Shown one piece after another: positions 21,297 through 30,310 of a stretch of DNA of 43,959 nucleotides. Origin of the DNA: Candidatus Sysuimicrobiota bacterium (GTDB lineage Bacteria; Sysuimicrobiota; Sysuimicrobiia; Sysuimicrobiales; Sysuimicrobiaceae); NCBI GenBank assembly GCA_040289515.1, contig PSLI01000015.1:1-43959 (forward strand), given 5' to 3'. The notes under the pieces are model-generated. The model was not told where the DNA came from. It saw only the letters and a list, made by a program, of their open reading frames with translations, and ran no database searches. The position numbers and the translations under genes are program-made. Positions within the stretch are counted from its first letter, which is position 1. Each line of letters opens with the position of its first letter.

Positions 21297-21346
21297 TTGA
21301 CAGCCGGGCCGGCAGGCGCTACGTATTTGGTATACATGTATTCCAA
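21297..21346 (+). promoter_or_regulatory. Putative sigma70 promoter with GntR/FadR-type operator
   Basis: TTGACA (21297-21302), 17 bp spacer, weak -10 TACGTA; palindrome TTGGTATACA/TGTATTCCAA (21327-21346, one mismatch) spans the ATG. Confidence 0.65.
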
Positions 21347-22031
21347 CATCGCGATCGACTTCGGGCGTGCGGCCACTATCGCGGACGCCGCGTACGTGGC
21401 GCTTCGAAATGCCATCGTCTTCGGCGAGCTGCCTGCGGGGCACCGGCTCCTCGAGCGGGAGCTCGCCCTGCGGCTCGCGGTGAGTCGAACCCCGATCCGG
21501 GAGGCGCTGCGGAGGCTTTCCGAGGAGGGCCTCGTGTCAGGCGTGCCCAACCGCGGCTTCGTGGTTCGGACGGTGGGGCTTCAGGAGGCCGAGCACGTCT
21601 ATACTGTGCGTCAACCGCTGGAAGTTCTGGCGGCGCAGCTGGCAGCCGGCCGGTGTACGCCCCGAGATCTGGCCGAGCTGGAGGGATGCTTGGTGCGTGC
21701 AGAGCGCGCGGCCGCCGCGGGCGACTGGCGCACGGTGATCCAGGAGAACAACGCCTTCCACGACCTGATCGCACGCGCCTCCGGCAACCCCGTACTCACA
21801 CGGATGCTGGACCTTTTGCGCAACCAGGTGAACCTGGTACGGATGGCCCTGTGGGCCCGCATGCCGAGCCGGCCCACGGAGACCTTGCGCCAGCACCGGG
21901 AGATTCTCGAGGCCCTGCGGCGACGGGATCCGCAGGCTGCAGGGGCTGCTGCCCAGGCACACCTTCGGAGCTCTTGGCGCAGTCTCTGGCAGGCCCTCCA
22001 GAAGGAAGGCAGCGGGAGGGAGCCTGCGTGA
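21336..22031 (+). CDS. GntR family (FCD) transcriptional regulator
   Basis: 'LRNAIVFGELPAGHRLLERELALRLAVSRTPIREAL', FCD 'NNAFHDLIARASGNPVL...QHREILEAL'. Confidence 0.92.
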   Translation: MYSNIAIDFGRAATIADAAYVALRNAIVFGELPAGHRLLERELALRLAVSRTPIREALRRLSEEGLVSGVPNRGFVVRTVGLQEAEHVYTVRQPLEVLAAQLAAGRCTPRDLAELEGCLVRAERAAAAGDWRTVIQENNAFHDLIARASGNPVLTRMLDLLRNQVNLVRMALWARMPSRPTETLRQHREILEALRRRDPQAAGAAAQAHLRSSWRSLWQALQKEGSGREPA

Positions 22032-22092
22032 GGCCTGGCGGCAGCCGGTGGTGGGGGACGCTGTCGGGGACAGTTTGCTAGGGAGGTAGAGG

Positions 22093-23064
22093 ATGGCGGA
22101 TCCGGCCGTGCTGCGACGGAGCGCGCACAACCTCCTCTTGAATGCCGCAGGAGTGCGGCCGGGGGAGGGGCTCTGCGTCGTGGCAGACACCCAGACGCGT
22201 CCCATCGCCGACGTCCTGTTCGAGGTTGCGCGGGAGGTGGGAGCGGAGCCTGTATTGGTGTGCATGGTCCCGCGCCGTACCCACGGCAACGAGCCGCCGC
22301 CAGTGGTCGCCGGGGCCATGCGGGGGGCGGACGTGGTGATCCAGGCGGTTACATACGCCATCACCCACACCGACGCCACTCAGGAAGCCCTCCGGGCCGG
22401 TGCCCGGGTGCTGGTCCTGCGGGGGGTTACGGAGGACGTGCTCACCGGAGGTGCGGCGCTGGCAGATTACGGGGAGGTGGCCCGGATTACGAAGGCGGTG
22501 GCGGAACGTCTGACGCAGGCGTGCACCGCCCACGTGCGGACCCCGGCGGGGACGGACCTCGTGATGAGCCTGGAAGGCCGTACGGCGATTGCCCTGACCG
22601 GCCGGGTGGAGGGCCCCGGGACGTTCGCCGCAATGCCGGACGGGGAGGCTGCCATTGCGCCGGTGGAGGGAACCGCGGAGGGGATTCTGGTGGTGGAGCA
22701 CACCATGGACGGGATCGGCCCGCTGGAGGAACCGATCCGGTTGGTGGTCCGTCAGGGGCGGGTGGTGGAGGTGACGGGCGGGGAAGCGGCCACCCGTCTG
22801 CGGGCCCTGCTGCATGGGGCAGACAAAGACGCGGTCAACCTCGCGGAGTTCGCCATCGGCACGAACCGCTGGGCGCGCCTGATCGGCTCCATGACGGAAG
22901 ACAAGAAGCGGTGGGGGACCGTCCATGTAGCGGTGGGCGACAACCACGTGATCGGCGGCCACGTGACGAGCGAGCTGCACCTCGACGGCCTTCTGCTCCG
23001 GCCTACGGTGACCCTCGACGGCCAGGTGGTGGTTGAGGACGGTCGGCTTCTCATCGGAGGGTAG
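22093..23064 (+). CDS. Peptidase M29 / aminopeptidase T-fold protein (possibly NicX-like, non-peptidase)
   Basis: 'HGNEPP', 'PDGEA', 'LAEFAIGTN', 'GTVHVAVGDN', 'HLDG'. Confidence 0.8.
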   Translation: MADPAVLRRSAHNLLLNAAGVRPGEGLCVVADTQTRPIADVLFEVAREVGAEPVLVCMVPRRTHGNEPPPVVAGAMRGADVVIQAVTYAITHTDATQEALRAGARVLVLRGVTEDVLTGGAALADYGEVARITKAVAERLTQACTAHVRTPAGTDLVMSLEGRTAIALTGRVEGPGTFAAMPDGEAAIAPVEGTAEGILVVEHTMDGIGPLEEPIRLVVRQGRVVEVTGGEAATRLRALLHGADKDAVNLAEFAIGTNRWARLIGSMTEDKKRWGTVHVAVGDNHVIGGHVTSELHLDGLLLRPTVTLDGQVVVEDGRLLIGG

Positions 23065-23067
23065 CGG

Positions 23068-23733
23068 ATGCGGTGGGTGGACCTCACGATCCCCTGGGGG
23101 CCCGACGTGCAGCCCGTGCCGGGCCACCCCCACATCTTCTACGTGCCGATCCACCACCACGAGCTGCACGGCCTCTCCACCGGATTCGCCACCTTCAGCC
23201 TCCACACCGGCACCCACGTGGATGCGCCCTACCACTTCGTTGCGGACGGTCTCACCATGGACCAGGTGCCGCTGGAATGGCTGTGCGGGCCCGCGGTTCT
23301 CGTTGACCTCCGGCCCTACGCGGAACCGCGGCGCCCCTTCACCCTCCAGCAGCTGCAGGCGGCCGTGGGGGATCCCAAGGAGCTACAAGACCGGCGCGCG
23401 GTTCTGTGGAGCGGGTGGGCCCAGGACCACTGGAGCGACGCGTCCTTCTACCGGGATCACCCGTACCTGTCTGTGGAGGCGGCGCGGTGGCTGGTGGAGG
23501 TCGGGGTGCGGGCGGTGGCGGTGGACTTCGCGGTGGACGGGGGATTGCCGGAGCCCGGAGAGCCGCGCTACCCGGTCCATCGCATCCTCCTCGGGGCCAA
23601 CGTGTGCTTGATCGAGAACCTCATCAACCTGGACCGGATTGGGCGGCGCGTGTTCAACCTCTTGGCCATGCCGGTCCCCGTGAAGGGCGGAAACGGGGGC
23701 CCCGCGCGGGTGGCGGCGCTGGTGGAACCATGA
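23068..23733 (+). CDS. Cyclase / kynurenine-formamidase (KynB)-family metal hydrolase
   Basis: HxGTHxDxPxH motif 'HTGTHVDAPYH', 'VHRILLG...LIENL', 'GGPARVAA'. Confidence 0.9.
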   Translation: MRWVDLTIPWGPDVQPVPGHPHIFYVPIHHHELHGLSTGFATFSLHTGTHVDAPYHFVADGLTMDQVPLEWLCGPAVLVDLRPYAEPRRPFTLQQLQAAVGDPKELQDRRAVLWSGWAQDHWSDASFYRDHPYLSVEAARWLVEVGVRAVAVDFAVDGGLPEPGEPRYPVHRILLGANVCLIENLINLDRIGRRVFNLLAMPVPVKGGNGGPARVAALVEP

Positions 23734-24155
23734 CCGTTCGCGGGATCCACCACATCGGGGTCGTGGTGAAGGATGCCGAGGCTGCCGCGCGGCGCCTGGA
23801 GGAAGCGCTGGGCGTGCGGGTGGTTCACTGGGAGGACTACGGGCCCGGCCTCCTTCGCATCGGGTTTGTCCCGGTGGGCGGGACCCTCATCGAGCTGATC
23901 GAACCGCTCGGGGACGAGACAAACGCCCGCTGGCTGGAGGAGCACGGGGAGGGTGTACAGCACATCGCGCTGGAAGTGGAGGACGTAGGGGCCGCCATCG
24001 AGGAGCTCACCAGGCGCGGCGTGGCCATGCGGGATGCGGTTCCTCGGGCAGGAGCCGGGAACACCCTCATCGCTTTCCTTCAGGGAACGATGGCAGGCAT
24101 GTGGCTGGAGCTGACCCAGCCGTTGGGGGAGGCACCGTGGCGCGGGTTGCGGTGA
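23730..24155 (+). CDS. VOC family protein (methylmalonyl-CoA epimerase-like)
   Basis: 'IHHIGVVV', 'IELIEP', 'GEGVQHIALEV', 'LELTQ'; ATGA overlap. Confidence 0.85.
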   Translation: MTVRGIHHIGVVVKDAEAAARRLEEALGVRVVHWEDYGPGLLRIGFVPVGGTLIELIEPLGDETNARWLEEHGEGVQHIALEVEDVGAAIEELTRRGVAMRDAVPRAGAGNTLIAFLQGTMAGMWLELTQPLGEAPWRGLR

Positions 24156-24979
24156 TTCAATTGGTGGGTCCGTGGTCCGATCCGGACGCGGTGCGCGCCC
24201 GCACGGTTGCGTTGTTGGAGGAGGCTGCTCGAAGGGGTGCGGAGCTGGCCGTGCTGCCCGAGCTGTGCACCGTCTCCTACGACCTGGGGGGGCGACAGGA
24301 GGTTTGGGCTGTCGCGGAGTCCCTGGAGGGTCCCAGCGTGGTCGCGTGGGTCGCTGTCGCACGTCGATGGGGGCTCTTCGTGGTGGCTGGCCTGCCCGAG
24401 CGCGCAGGGGATCGGCTGTACAACACCGCGGTCCTGGTGGGCCCGGAGGGGGTGAGGGGGGTTTACCGCAAGGCCCACCTGTATGGGCAGGAGCGGGAGG
24501 TGTTCGACCGCGGGGACGAGGGGTTCGGTGTCTGGGACCTGCCCGTGGGGCGGGTGGCAGCCCTGCTGTGTTACGATTTGCGGTTCGCGGAGGCGGTGCG
24601 GATCCTGCTCCTGCGCGGCGTGCACCTGCTGTGTGTGCCCACCACGTGGACGGACCAGGGAAAGCCACAACCCTGGGACGACCGGGGCTGGTGCGGGGCC
24701 AACTACCTCGCGGCCGGCCACGCCTACGGGAACCGGATGTGGGTGGCATGCGCGGATCGGGCAGGGCAGGACGGGAGGGTGCGGACCCTGGGGTGCAGCG
24801 CAGTCTTTGCGCCCACCGGGTACGCGGCCGTGGGGCCCGCTCCCCCGGATGCGGAGGCGATTCTGGTGGCCGACTGCGATCTTCGGGCGGTGGAGGAGAT
24901 GCGCCAGGCCGCAGGAGCGGACCTCGTGGCCGACCGGCGGCCCGAGCTGTATGGTGAGCTGGTGGGCCAACGGAGGTGA
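24137..24979 (+). CDS. Carbon-nitrogen hydrolase (nitrilase superfamily amidase)
   Basis: E-K-C triad in 'VLPEL', 'YRKAHL', 'LLCYDLRF'; C-terminal 'DRRPELY'. Confidence 0.92.
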   Translation: MARVAVIQLVGPWSDPDAVRARTVALLEEAARRGAELAVLPELCTVSYDLGGRQEVWAVAESLEGPSVVAWVAVARRWGLFVVAGLPERAGDRLYNTAVLVGPEGVRGVYRKAHLYGQEREVFDRGDEGFGVWDLPVGRVAALLCYDLRFAEAVRILLLRGVHLLCVPTTWTDQGKPQPWDDRGWCGANYLAAGHAYGNRMWVACADRAGQDGRVRTLGCSAVFAPTGYAAVGPAPPDAEAILVADCDLRAVEEMRQAAGADLVADRRPELYGELVGQRR

Positions 24980-24983
24980 GGGG

Positions 24984-25781
24984 ATGGAGCTGGGACTGCA
25001 GGACAAAGTGGTGTTCATCACGGGTGGATCAAAGGGGATCGGCCGGGCCTGTGCGATGGAGTTCGCCCGGGAGGGAGCACGGGTGGCCATCTGTGCCCGC
25101 ACGGAGGCCGCGCTGCAGGAGGCAGCCCGGGCTATCCAGCAGGCCACCGGGCGGCCGGTCTTCTGGATCGCGGGGGATATGATGAAGCCCGAGGACCCAC
25201 CCCGGTGCATCGACGCCACCGTGGCCCACTACGGGAGGCTCGACATCCTTGTGAACTGTGCGGGAGCCTCCCCCGGTGGGGTGCTGCTGAACCTGACGGA
25301 GGAAGACTGGGCCCTCAGCTTGCAGCTGAAGTTCATGGGCTACGTACGGTGCTGCAAGGCGGCCATCCCATACATGCTGCGGCAGGGTGGCGGATGCATC
25401 GTGAACGTGGTGGGGAACGACGGGATCAAACCCGCGTACTGGGAGCTGACGGCAAGCGCAGCCAACGCCGCAGATCTCGCGGTCACCTCGGCTCTGGCGG
25501 AACAGTACGGCCGGCTGGGGATCCGGGTCAACGCCGTCAACCCCGGGCCGGTGGCCACGGAGCGGTGGGATGGGTTGGTGGCCGCGTACGCGCGGGACAA
25601 GAACCTGTCGCTGGACGAGGCGCACCGGCGCGCGGTGCGCAGTATTCCCCTCGGGCGGATCTGCACGCCGGAGGAGGTGGCATCTGTGGTGGCCTTCGTG
25701 GCGAGCGAGCGGGCCAGCTTTATGAACGGTGCCTGGATCACCCTCGACGGAGGGCAGCGGAAGGCTCTGATGGATCTTTGA
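24984..25781 (+). CDS. SDR family oxidoreductase (atypical active site)
   Basis: 'ITGGSKGIG', 'NCAG', 'VNAVNPGPV'; no YxxxK ('ASAANAA' instead). Confidence 0.88.
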   Translation: MELGLQDKVVFITGGSKGIGRACAMEFAREGARVAICARTEAALQEAARAIQQATGRPVFWIAGDMMKPEDPPRCIDATVAHYGRLDILVNCAGASPGGVLLNLTEEDWALSLQLKFMGYVRCCKAAIPYMLRQGGGCIVNVVGNDGIKPAYWELTASAANAADLAVTSALAEQYGRLGIRVNAVNPGPVATERWDGLVAAYARDKNLSLDEAHRRAVRSIPLGRICTPEEVASVVAFVASERASFMNGAWITLDGGQRKALMDL

Positions 25782-25799
25782 GGCCAAGGGAGGGGGAAC

Positions 25800-27005
25800 A
25801 TGCGGATTGCAGCGATCGTGACGAGCGTGGTGCTCTTGGGCGCAGCCGCGATGGCTGCGCCCGGCCCTTCGGTCATCAAGATCGGGGGGACGCTGGCGGT
25901 GACGGGCCCCTTCGCAGCGGAGTGGGGGCCGGTGTATCAGGAGTTCATGCGCGAGTGGGCCCGGGTGACGAACGAGGAAGGGGGATGGCTGGTCCGGGAG
26001 CTGGGGCGGAGGCTGCCGGTGGAGATGGTGCTGTACGACGACGAGAGTTCGCCCGACAAGGCTGTGGAGCTTTATGAGCGGCTTGCGGCGGTGGACAACG
26101 TGCTCCTTTTCTTCGGTCCGGCGACGAGTCCGATCACCCTGCGGGCCTCCACGGTGGCGGAGCGCCTGCGAATCCCCATGGTGACCATGGAGGCGAACGA
26201 CCGGGCGATCTTCGCCCGGGGATTCCGGTACCTCTTTGGCACCCTAGCGCCCGGGTTGTGGTGGACGCGCAGCTACTTCGAGCTGGTTCGGCAGAGCGTG
26301 GAGGCGGGAGCGCCGCTGCGTAGCATCGCCTTCGTGTACGAGGACTCGGCACACACGCGGGACGTGGCTGCGGGCGCGATTGCGTACGCGCGGGAGACGG
26401 GGCTTCGGGTGGTGGACGACCAGCTGGTTCCGTTTGGCCACTTGGACTTTTCGGCCATCCTGGCCCGCTGGCGTTCCCTGAATCCGGATATCGCCTTCGT
26501 GGGACTGTGGACGGGACCAGCCATCGCCTTCGTGAGGCAGGCGCGGGAGCTCGGGCTGCGGCCGAGGGAGATGTACGTGCGGGCCTTGGCGTACCCCTTC
26601 GTTCAGGCGGTGGGCGGCGCCGCGGAGGGTGTGGTGGGTGCCACCTACACGGCGCGGCGGGCGCTGGATGAGCGGGCCCACAAAATTTTCCACCGCATGG
26701 GTCGGGACTCCTACGATCTTCCGTGGGTGGCAAACCGCTTGGTGGCGCTGGACGTCCTGCGGGCAGCGGTCGAGCGGGCGGGTCGGTTGGACCGGGAGAC
26801 CATCGCGGAGGTCATGCGGGATCCGAAATTTGAAGTGAAGACGGTGATCGGGACCTTCCGGTTCAGCTGGAACCTTCGGATCGCGGGTCAGGTGCTGAAC
26901 GGCCACGGTAACCAGACGGCCTACGTGGCCCAGATCCAGGGCGGAAAAGTGCAGGTGGTGTGGCCGCGGGCAGTGGCGGACGCGGCTTACCGGCGCCCGC
27001 GGTAG
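25800..27005 (+). CDS. Branched-chain amino acid-type (LivK-like) ABC substrate-binding protein
   Basis: Signal peptide, 'IKIGGTLAVTG', 'YDDESSP', 'QIQGGKVQVVWP'. Confidence 0.88.
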   Translation: MRIAAIVTSVVLLGAAAMAAPGPSVIKIGGTLAVTGPFAAEWGPVYQEFMREWARVTNEEGGWLVRELGRRLPVEMVLYDDESSPDKAVELYERLAAVDNVLLFFGPATSPITLRASTVAERLRIPMVTMEANDRAIFARGFRYLFGTLAPGLWWTRSYFELVRQSVEAGAPLRSIAFVYEDSAHTRDVAAGAIAYARETGLRVVDDQLVPFGHLDFSAILARWRSLNPDIAFVGLWTGPAIAFVRQARELGLRPREMYVRALAYPFVQAVGGAAEGVVGATYTARRALDERAHKIFHRMGRDSYDLPWVANRLVALDVLRAAVERAGRLDRETIAEVMRDPKFEVKTVIGTFRFSWNLRIAGQVLNGHGNQTAYVAQIQGGKVQVVWPRAVADAAYRRPR

Positions 27006-27009
27006 GGCC

Positions 27010-27741
27010 GTGCTGCTGGAGGTGCGCGGCGTCTCCAAAAGGTTCGGCGGGGTGATGGCCCTGAACGGGGTCAGCATGGCCGTGGCGGAGGGTGAGCTGG
27101 TGGGCCTCATCGGCCCGAACGGGGCCGGCAAGACGACGCTGTTCCACGTGATTGCGGGTTTTCTAAAACCGGACGCGGGCAGCATCCGGTTTGCGGGGCG
27201 CGAGATCGGCGGGCTGCCGCCGCACCGGATCTGTCAGCTAGGGATTGCCCGGACGTTTCAGATCGTCCAGCCCTTCGAGGCCCTGAGCGTGCTGGACAAT
27301 GTGGCGGTGGCGTACCTGTACGGGCGGTGGGGTCGCGGCGCGTCGGTTCGGAAAGCCCGGGAGGCTGCGCAGCGGTTTTTGGAACGGGTGGGGCTGCTGG
27401 ATCGGGCCGGTGACGCCGCGGGTACGCTGAACCTTTCCGAGCGGAGGCGGGTGGAGCTGGCGCGGGCTGTGGCCACCGGCCCGCGATTGCTTTGCTTGGA
27501 CGAGGTGATGTCGGGGTTAACGCACGGCGAGCTTGGACCCATGAGCGAGACGGTGCGACGGCTTGGGGAGGAGCTGGGGCTGACGGTGCTCATGGTGGAA
27601 CACAACGTGCGGCTGGTACGGGAGCTGTGCCCGCGGGTGGTCGTGCTTCATTACGGGCAGGTGATCGCGGACGGTCCCCCTGAGGCGGTGATGAGAGAGC
27701 CGAGTGTGGTGAGCGCTTATCTTGGGGAGCGGGATGCTTGA
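27010..27741 (+). CDS. ABC ATP-binding protein (LivG-like)
   Basis: 'GLIGPNGAGKTT', 'IARTFQ', 'LDEVMSGL', 'VEH'. Confidence 0.9.
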   Translation: MLLEVRGVSKRFGGVMALNGVSMAVAEGELVGLIGPNGAGKTTLFHVIAGFLKPDAGSIRFAGREIGGLPPHRICQLGIARTFQIVQPFEALSVLDNVAVAYLYGRWGRGASVRKAREAAQRFLERVGLLDRAGDAAGTLNLSERRRVELARAVATGPRLLCLDEVMSGLTHGELGPMSETVRRLGEELGLTVLMVEHNVRLVRELCPRVVVLHYGQVIADGPPEAVMREPSVVSAYLGERDA

Positions 27742-28438
27742 GGTACGGTCCCTGGAGGTGCGGTACGGAGACTTCGTGGCCGTTCACGGGATCTCCTTGG
27801 CGGTCCGCCAGGGGGAAGCGGTGGCCCTGCTGGGGCCCAACGGTGCGGGGAAGACGACGGTTCTGCGGGCAATTCACGGGCTTGTGCCGATGTACTCCGG
27901 CACCCTGTCCTACAAGGACCGCTCGCTGGTGGGGCTTCCGACGTGGGAACGGGTCCGGCTGGGAATCGCGCTGGTCCCCGAAGGCAGGGAGCTGTTCGGC
28001 GGGATGCGGGTGGAGGAGCACCTGGAGCTGGGGTTCGTTCCCGGACGCGGGCGGTCGTATGACTCCCTCCGCGCGGAGGTGTACGAACTCTTCCCGGTCC
28101 TCGCGGAGCGGCGCCGGCAGGTGGCCGGGACGCTGTCGGGCGGGGAGCAGCAGATGCTGGCCATCGCCCGGGCCCTCATGTCCGCGCCGGAACTGTTGAT
28201 GTTGGACGAGCCGTCCCTGGGGCTGGCGCCTCGTGTGGTGCGAGCGCTGTACGAGAAGCTGGCGGTGCTGCGCCGGCGGGGTCTTACCCTGATCGTGGTG
28301 GAGCAGTACGTGCACGAGGTTCTGCGCCTGGCGGATCGTGCGTACGTCCTGGAGGGAGGTCGGATCGTGCTGGAGGGGGGAGCGGAGGGGCTTTTGCGGG
28401 ATCCACGGCTGCAGCGCACGTACCTGGCGGTGTCGTGA
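27734..28438 (+). CDS. ABC ATP-binding protein (LivF-like)
   Basis: 'GPNGAGKTT', 'LSGGEQQMLAIARALM', 'LDEPSLGLAP'. Confidence 0.9.
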   Translation: MLEVRSLEVRYGDFVAVHGISLAVRQGEAVALLGPNGAGKTTVLRAIHGLVPMYSGTLSYKDRSLVGLPTWERVRLGIALVPEGRELFGGMRVEEHLELGFVPGRGRSYDSLRAEVYELFPVLAERRRQVAGTLSGGEQQMLAIARALMSAPELLMLDEPSLGLAPRVVRALYEKLAVLRRRGLTLIVVEQYVHEVLRLADRAYVLEGGRIVLEGGAEGLLRDPRLQRTYLAVS

Positions 28439-28439
28439 G

Positions 28440-29333
28440 ATGACGCTTCAGCTCATGACGGAACTGCTGGCGGGTGGAGCTGTCCTGGGAGGCCTGTACG
28501 CCCTCATGGCCTTCGCGTTTTCCTTGGTGCTGGCGACCACGCACGTACTGAACGTGGCCCACGGGACGTTTATGGTGCTGGGTGCCGCCCTGAGCACGCT
28601 GCTGGTGAGGGAAGCGCACCTGCCGTTCGTGGTGAGTGTTGCCTTGGTGTTTGGGACGTTCCTGTTGGCGGGGTGGGCTTTTGAGGAAGGATTGATCCGG
28701 CCGTTGCAGGGGCGGCCGCCGGTGCAGGTGCTGGTGGGGTCGATTCTGGTGACGTTCGGGGTGGCCATCACGGCAGAGGCGTTGCTGGGATATTACTGGG
28801 CGCGGGCAGTCGAGCCGCAGCCGATCTTTGCGGTGGAGCTGGGCCTGCCCTCGCTGCGGGTCGGGGGTGTGGCGATTTCGGGCCCGCGGGCGTTGGCCCT
28901 GGTGTTCTCCGTTGTGGCGGTGGCTGTCCTTCACGTGCTTCTAACCCGCACCCGTCTGGGCCAGCAGGCAAGGGCAGTGGCGCAGAACCGGGTGGGTGCC
29001 CTGGTGATCGGGATCCAGCCGTCGCGGGTCGCGCGCACGGTGCTGACGGTGAGCGTGGCTGCGGCGGGGCTGGCAGGGACGTTTTATGCCGTGGCGGTGC
29101 CGCTGAACCCGTATGAAGGGCTCCGGCTCACCATGGTGGCGTTCACGGTGGCCGCGGCGGGAGGAATCGGGAACCTTCCGGGTGCCCTGTGGGCGGGGGT
29201 GGGACTGGGGATCGCGGAAGTGCTGACCGGCTACTGGGCCGGGGCGGTCTGGTCGCCGGTGACGTACCTGCTGGTGCTGTTCGGTGCGTTGCTGGCGCGA
29301 CGCGGGGAGGCGGTGCGGGGGCTGGTTCGATGA
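28440..29333 (+). CDS. ABC permease (LivH-like)
   Basis: 'GGLYALMA', 'NVAHG', 'RTRLG...RAVAQN', 'GGIGNLPGA'. Confidence 0.9.
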   Translation: MTLQLMTELLAGGAVLGGLYALMAFAFSLVLATTHVLNVAHGTFMVLGAALSTLLVREAHLPFVVSVALVFGTFLLAGWAFEEGLIRPLQGRPPVQVLVGSILVTFGVAITAEALLGYYWARAVEPQPIFAVELGLPSLRVGGVAISGPRALALVFSVVAVAVLHVLLTRTRLGQQARAVAQNRVGALVIGIQPSRVARTVLTVSVAAAGLAGTFYAVAVPLNPYEGLRLTMVAFTVAAAGGIGNLPGALWAGVGLGIAEVLTGYWAGAVWSPVTYLLVLFGALLARRGEAVRGLVR

Positions 29334-30310
29334 GGTGGGCGGGGCTGGCTGTTCTGTTGGTGGTGCTGGTGCTGGCGCCGCGGTGGCTCGGCCGGGACCT
29401 CACCACGGCACTTCTGTTCACCTTCCTGCTGGTGGTGCTGGCCTGCAACTATGACCTTGTTGGTGGGTACCTGGGGCTGTACAACCTGGGCCAAGCCAGC
29501 TTTTTCGGGCTCGGCGCGTACACCACGTTCCTGCTGCTGCGGGTGCCGGGGCTGAGCTCCCTGGGCAGCGGCGGAGCAGCGCTGGCGGTCCTGGCAGGAG
29601 GGCTGGTGGCGGCAGGGTCGGCGGCGTTGGTGGCGTACCCGCTGCTGCGCCTGCGGGAGGCGTCCTTCGCGGTGGGCAGCTTCGGACTGCTGTTGTTCCT
29701 GCGGGTCCTCGTGGACAACCTCCCCGGCGTCACCGGGGGGTCCCATGGGCTCTACGTGGCTGCCGGGCATTACCTGTCCCTGGGAACGGCGTACGGGTTG
29801 TTGCTGGCCTTGGCGGCAGGTTCCGTGGCGCTGAACTGGTTGGTCGAGCGGAGTCGGATGGGGCTGGCGATGCTCGCGATCCGGGAAAGTGAGGCGGCGG
29901 CCGCCGCGGTGGGGATCAACCGCTTTCGGGTTCAGCAGATGGCGTTCGTGCTGGGAGCACTCCCCACCGGGCTGGCCGGGGGGGTGTTCGGACTCCATAC
30001 GGGCTACATCGATGTTTCGGTGGTGTTGGGGATCGAGCGCAGCTTGCTGCCGGTGATCGCTGCGATGCTGGGGGGAACTGGTTCCTTGTGGGGTCCGGTG
30101 GTAGGCTCGGTGATGCTGCGGGCCATCGACGTGGGTCTGAAGAACTACCTACAGTTGCCCGTGCCTTCCCCTGCGGTGTACGGCCTCGTGCTGACGCTGA
30201 TCGCGTTGCGGATGCCCCGGGGCATCGTAGCGCACCTGGGGCGTGGGCGCGTGCAGGGAAGGGAAGCCGCGCGGGCAGCCCCGGTGGTTCAGGCGGAGGA
30301 GGTTTCATGA
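29330..30310 (+). CDS. ABC permease (LivM-like)
   Basis: 'GGYLGLYNLGQASFFGLGAY', 'AIRESEAAA', 'GGTGSLWGPVVG'. Confidence 0.9.
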   Translation: MRWAGLAVLLVVLVLAPRWLGRDLTTALLFTFLLVVLACNYDLVGGYLGLYNLGQASFFGLGAYTTFLLLRVPGLSSLGSGGAALAVLAGGLVAAGSAALVAYPLLRLREASFAVGSFGLLLFLRVLVDNLPGVTGGSHGLYVAAGHYLSLGTAYGLLLALAAGSVALNWLVERSRMGLAMLAIRESEAAAAAVGINRFRVQQMAFVLGALPTGLAGGVFGLHTGYIDVSVVLGIERSLLPVIAAMLGGTGSLWGPVVGSVMLRAIDVGLKNYLQLPVPSPAVYGLVLTLIALRMPRGIVAHLGRGRVQGREAARAAPVVQAEEVS

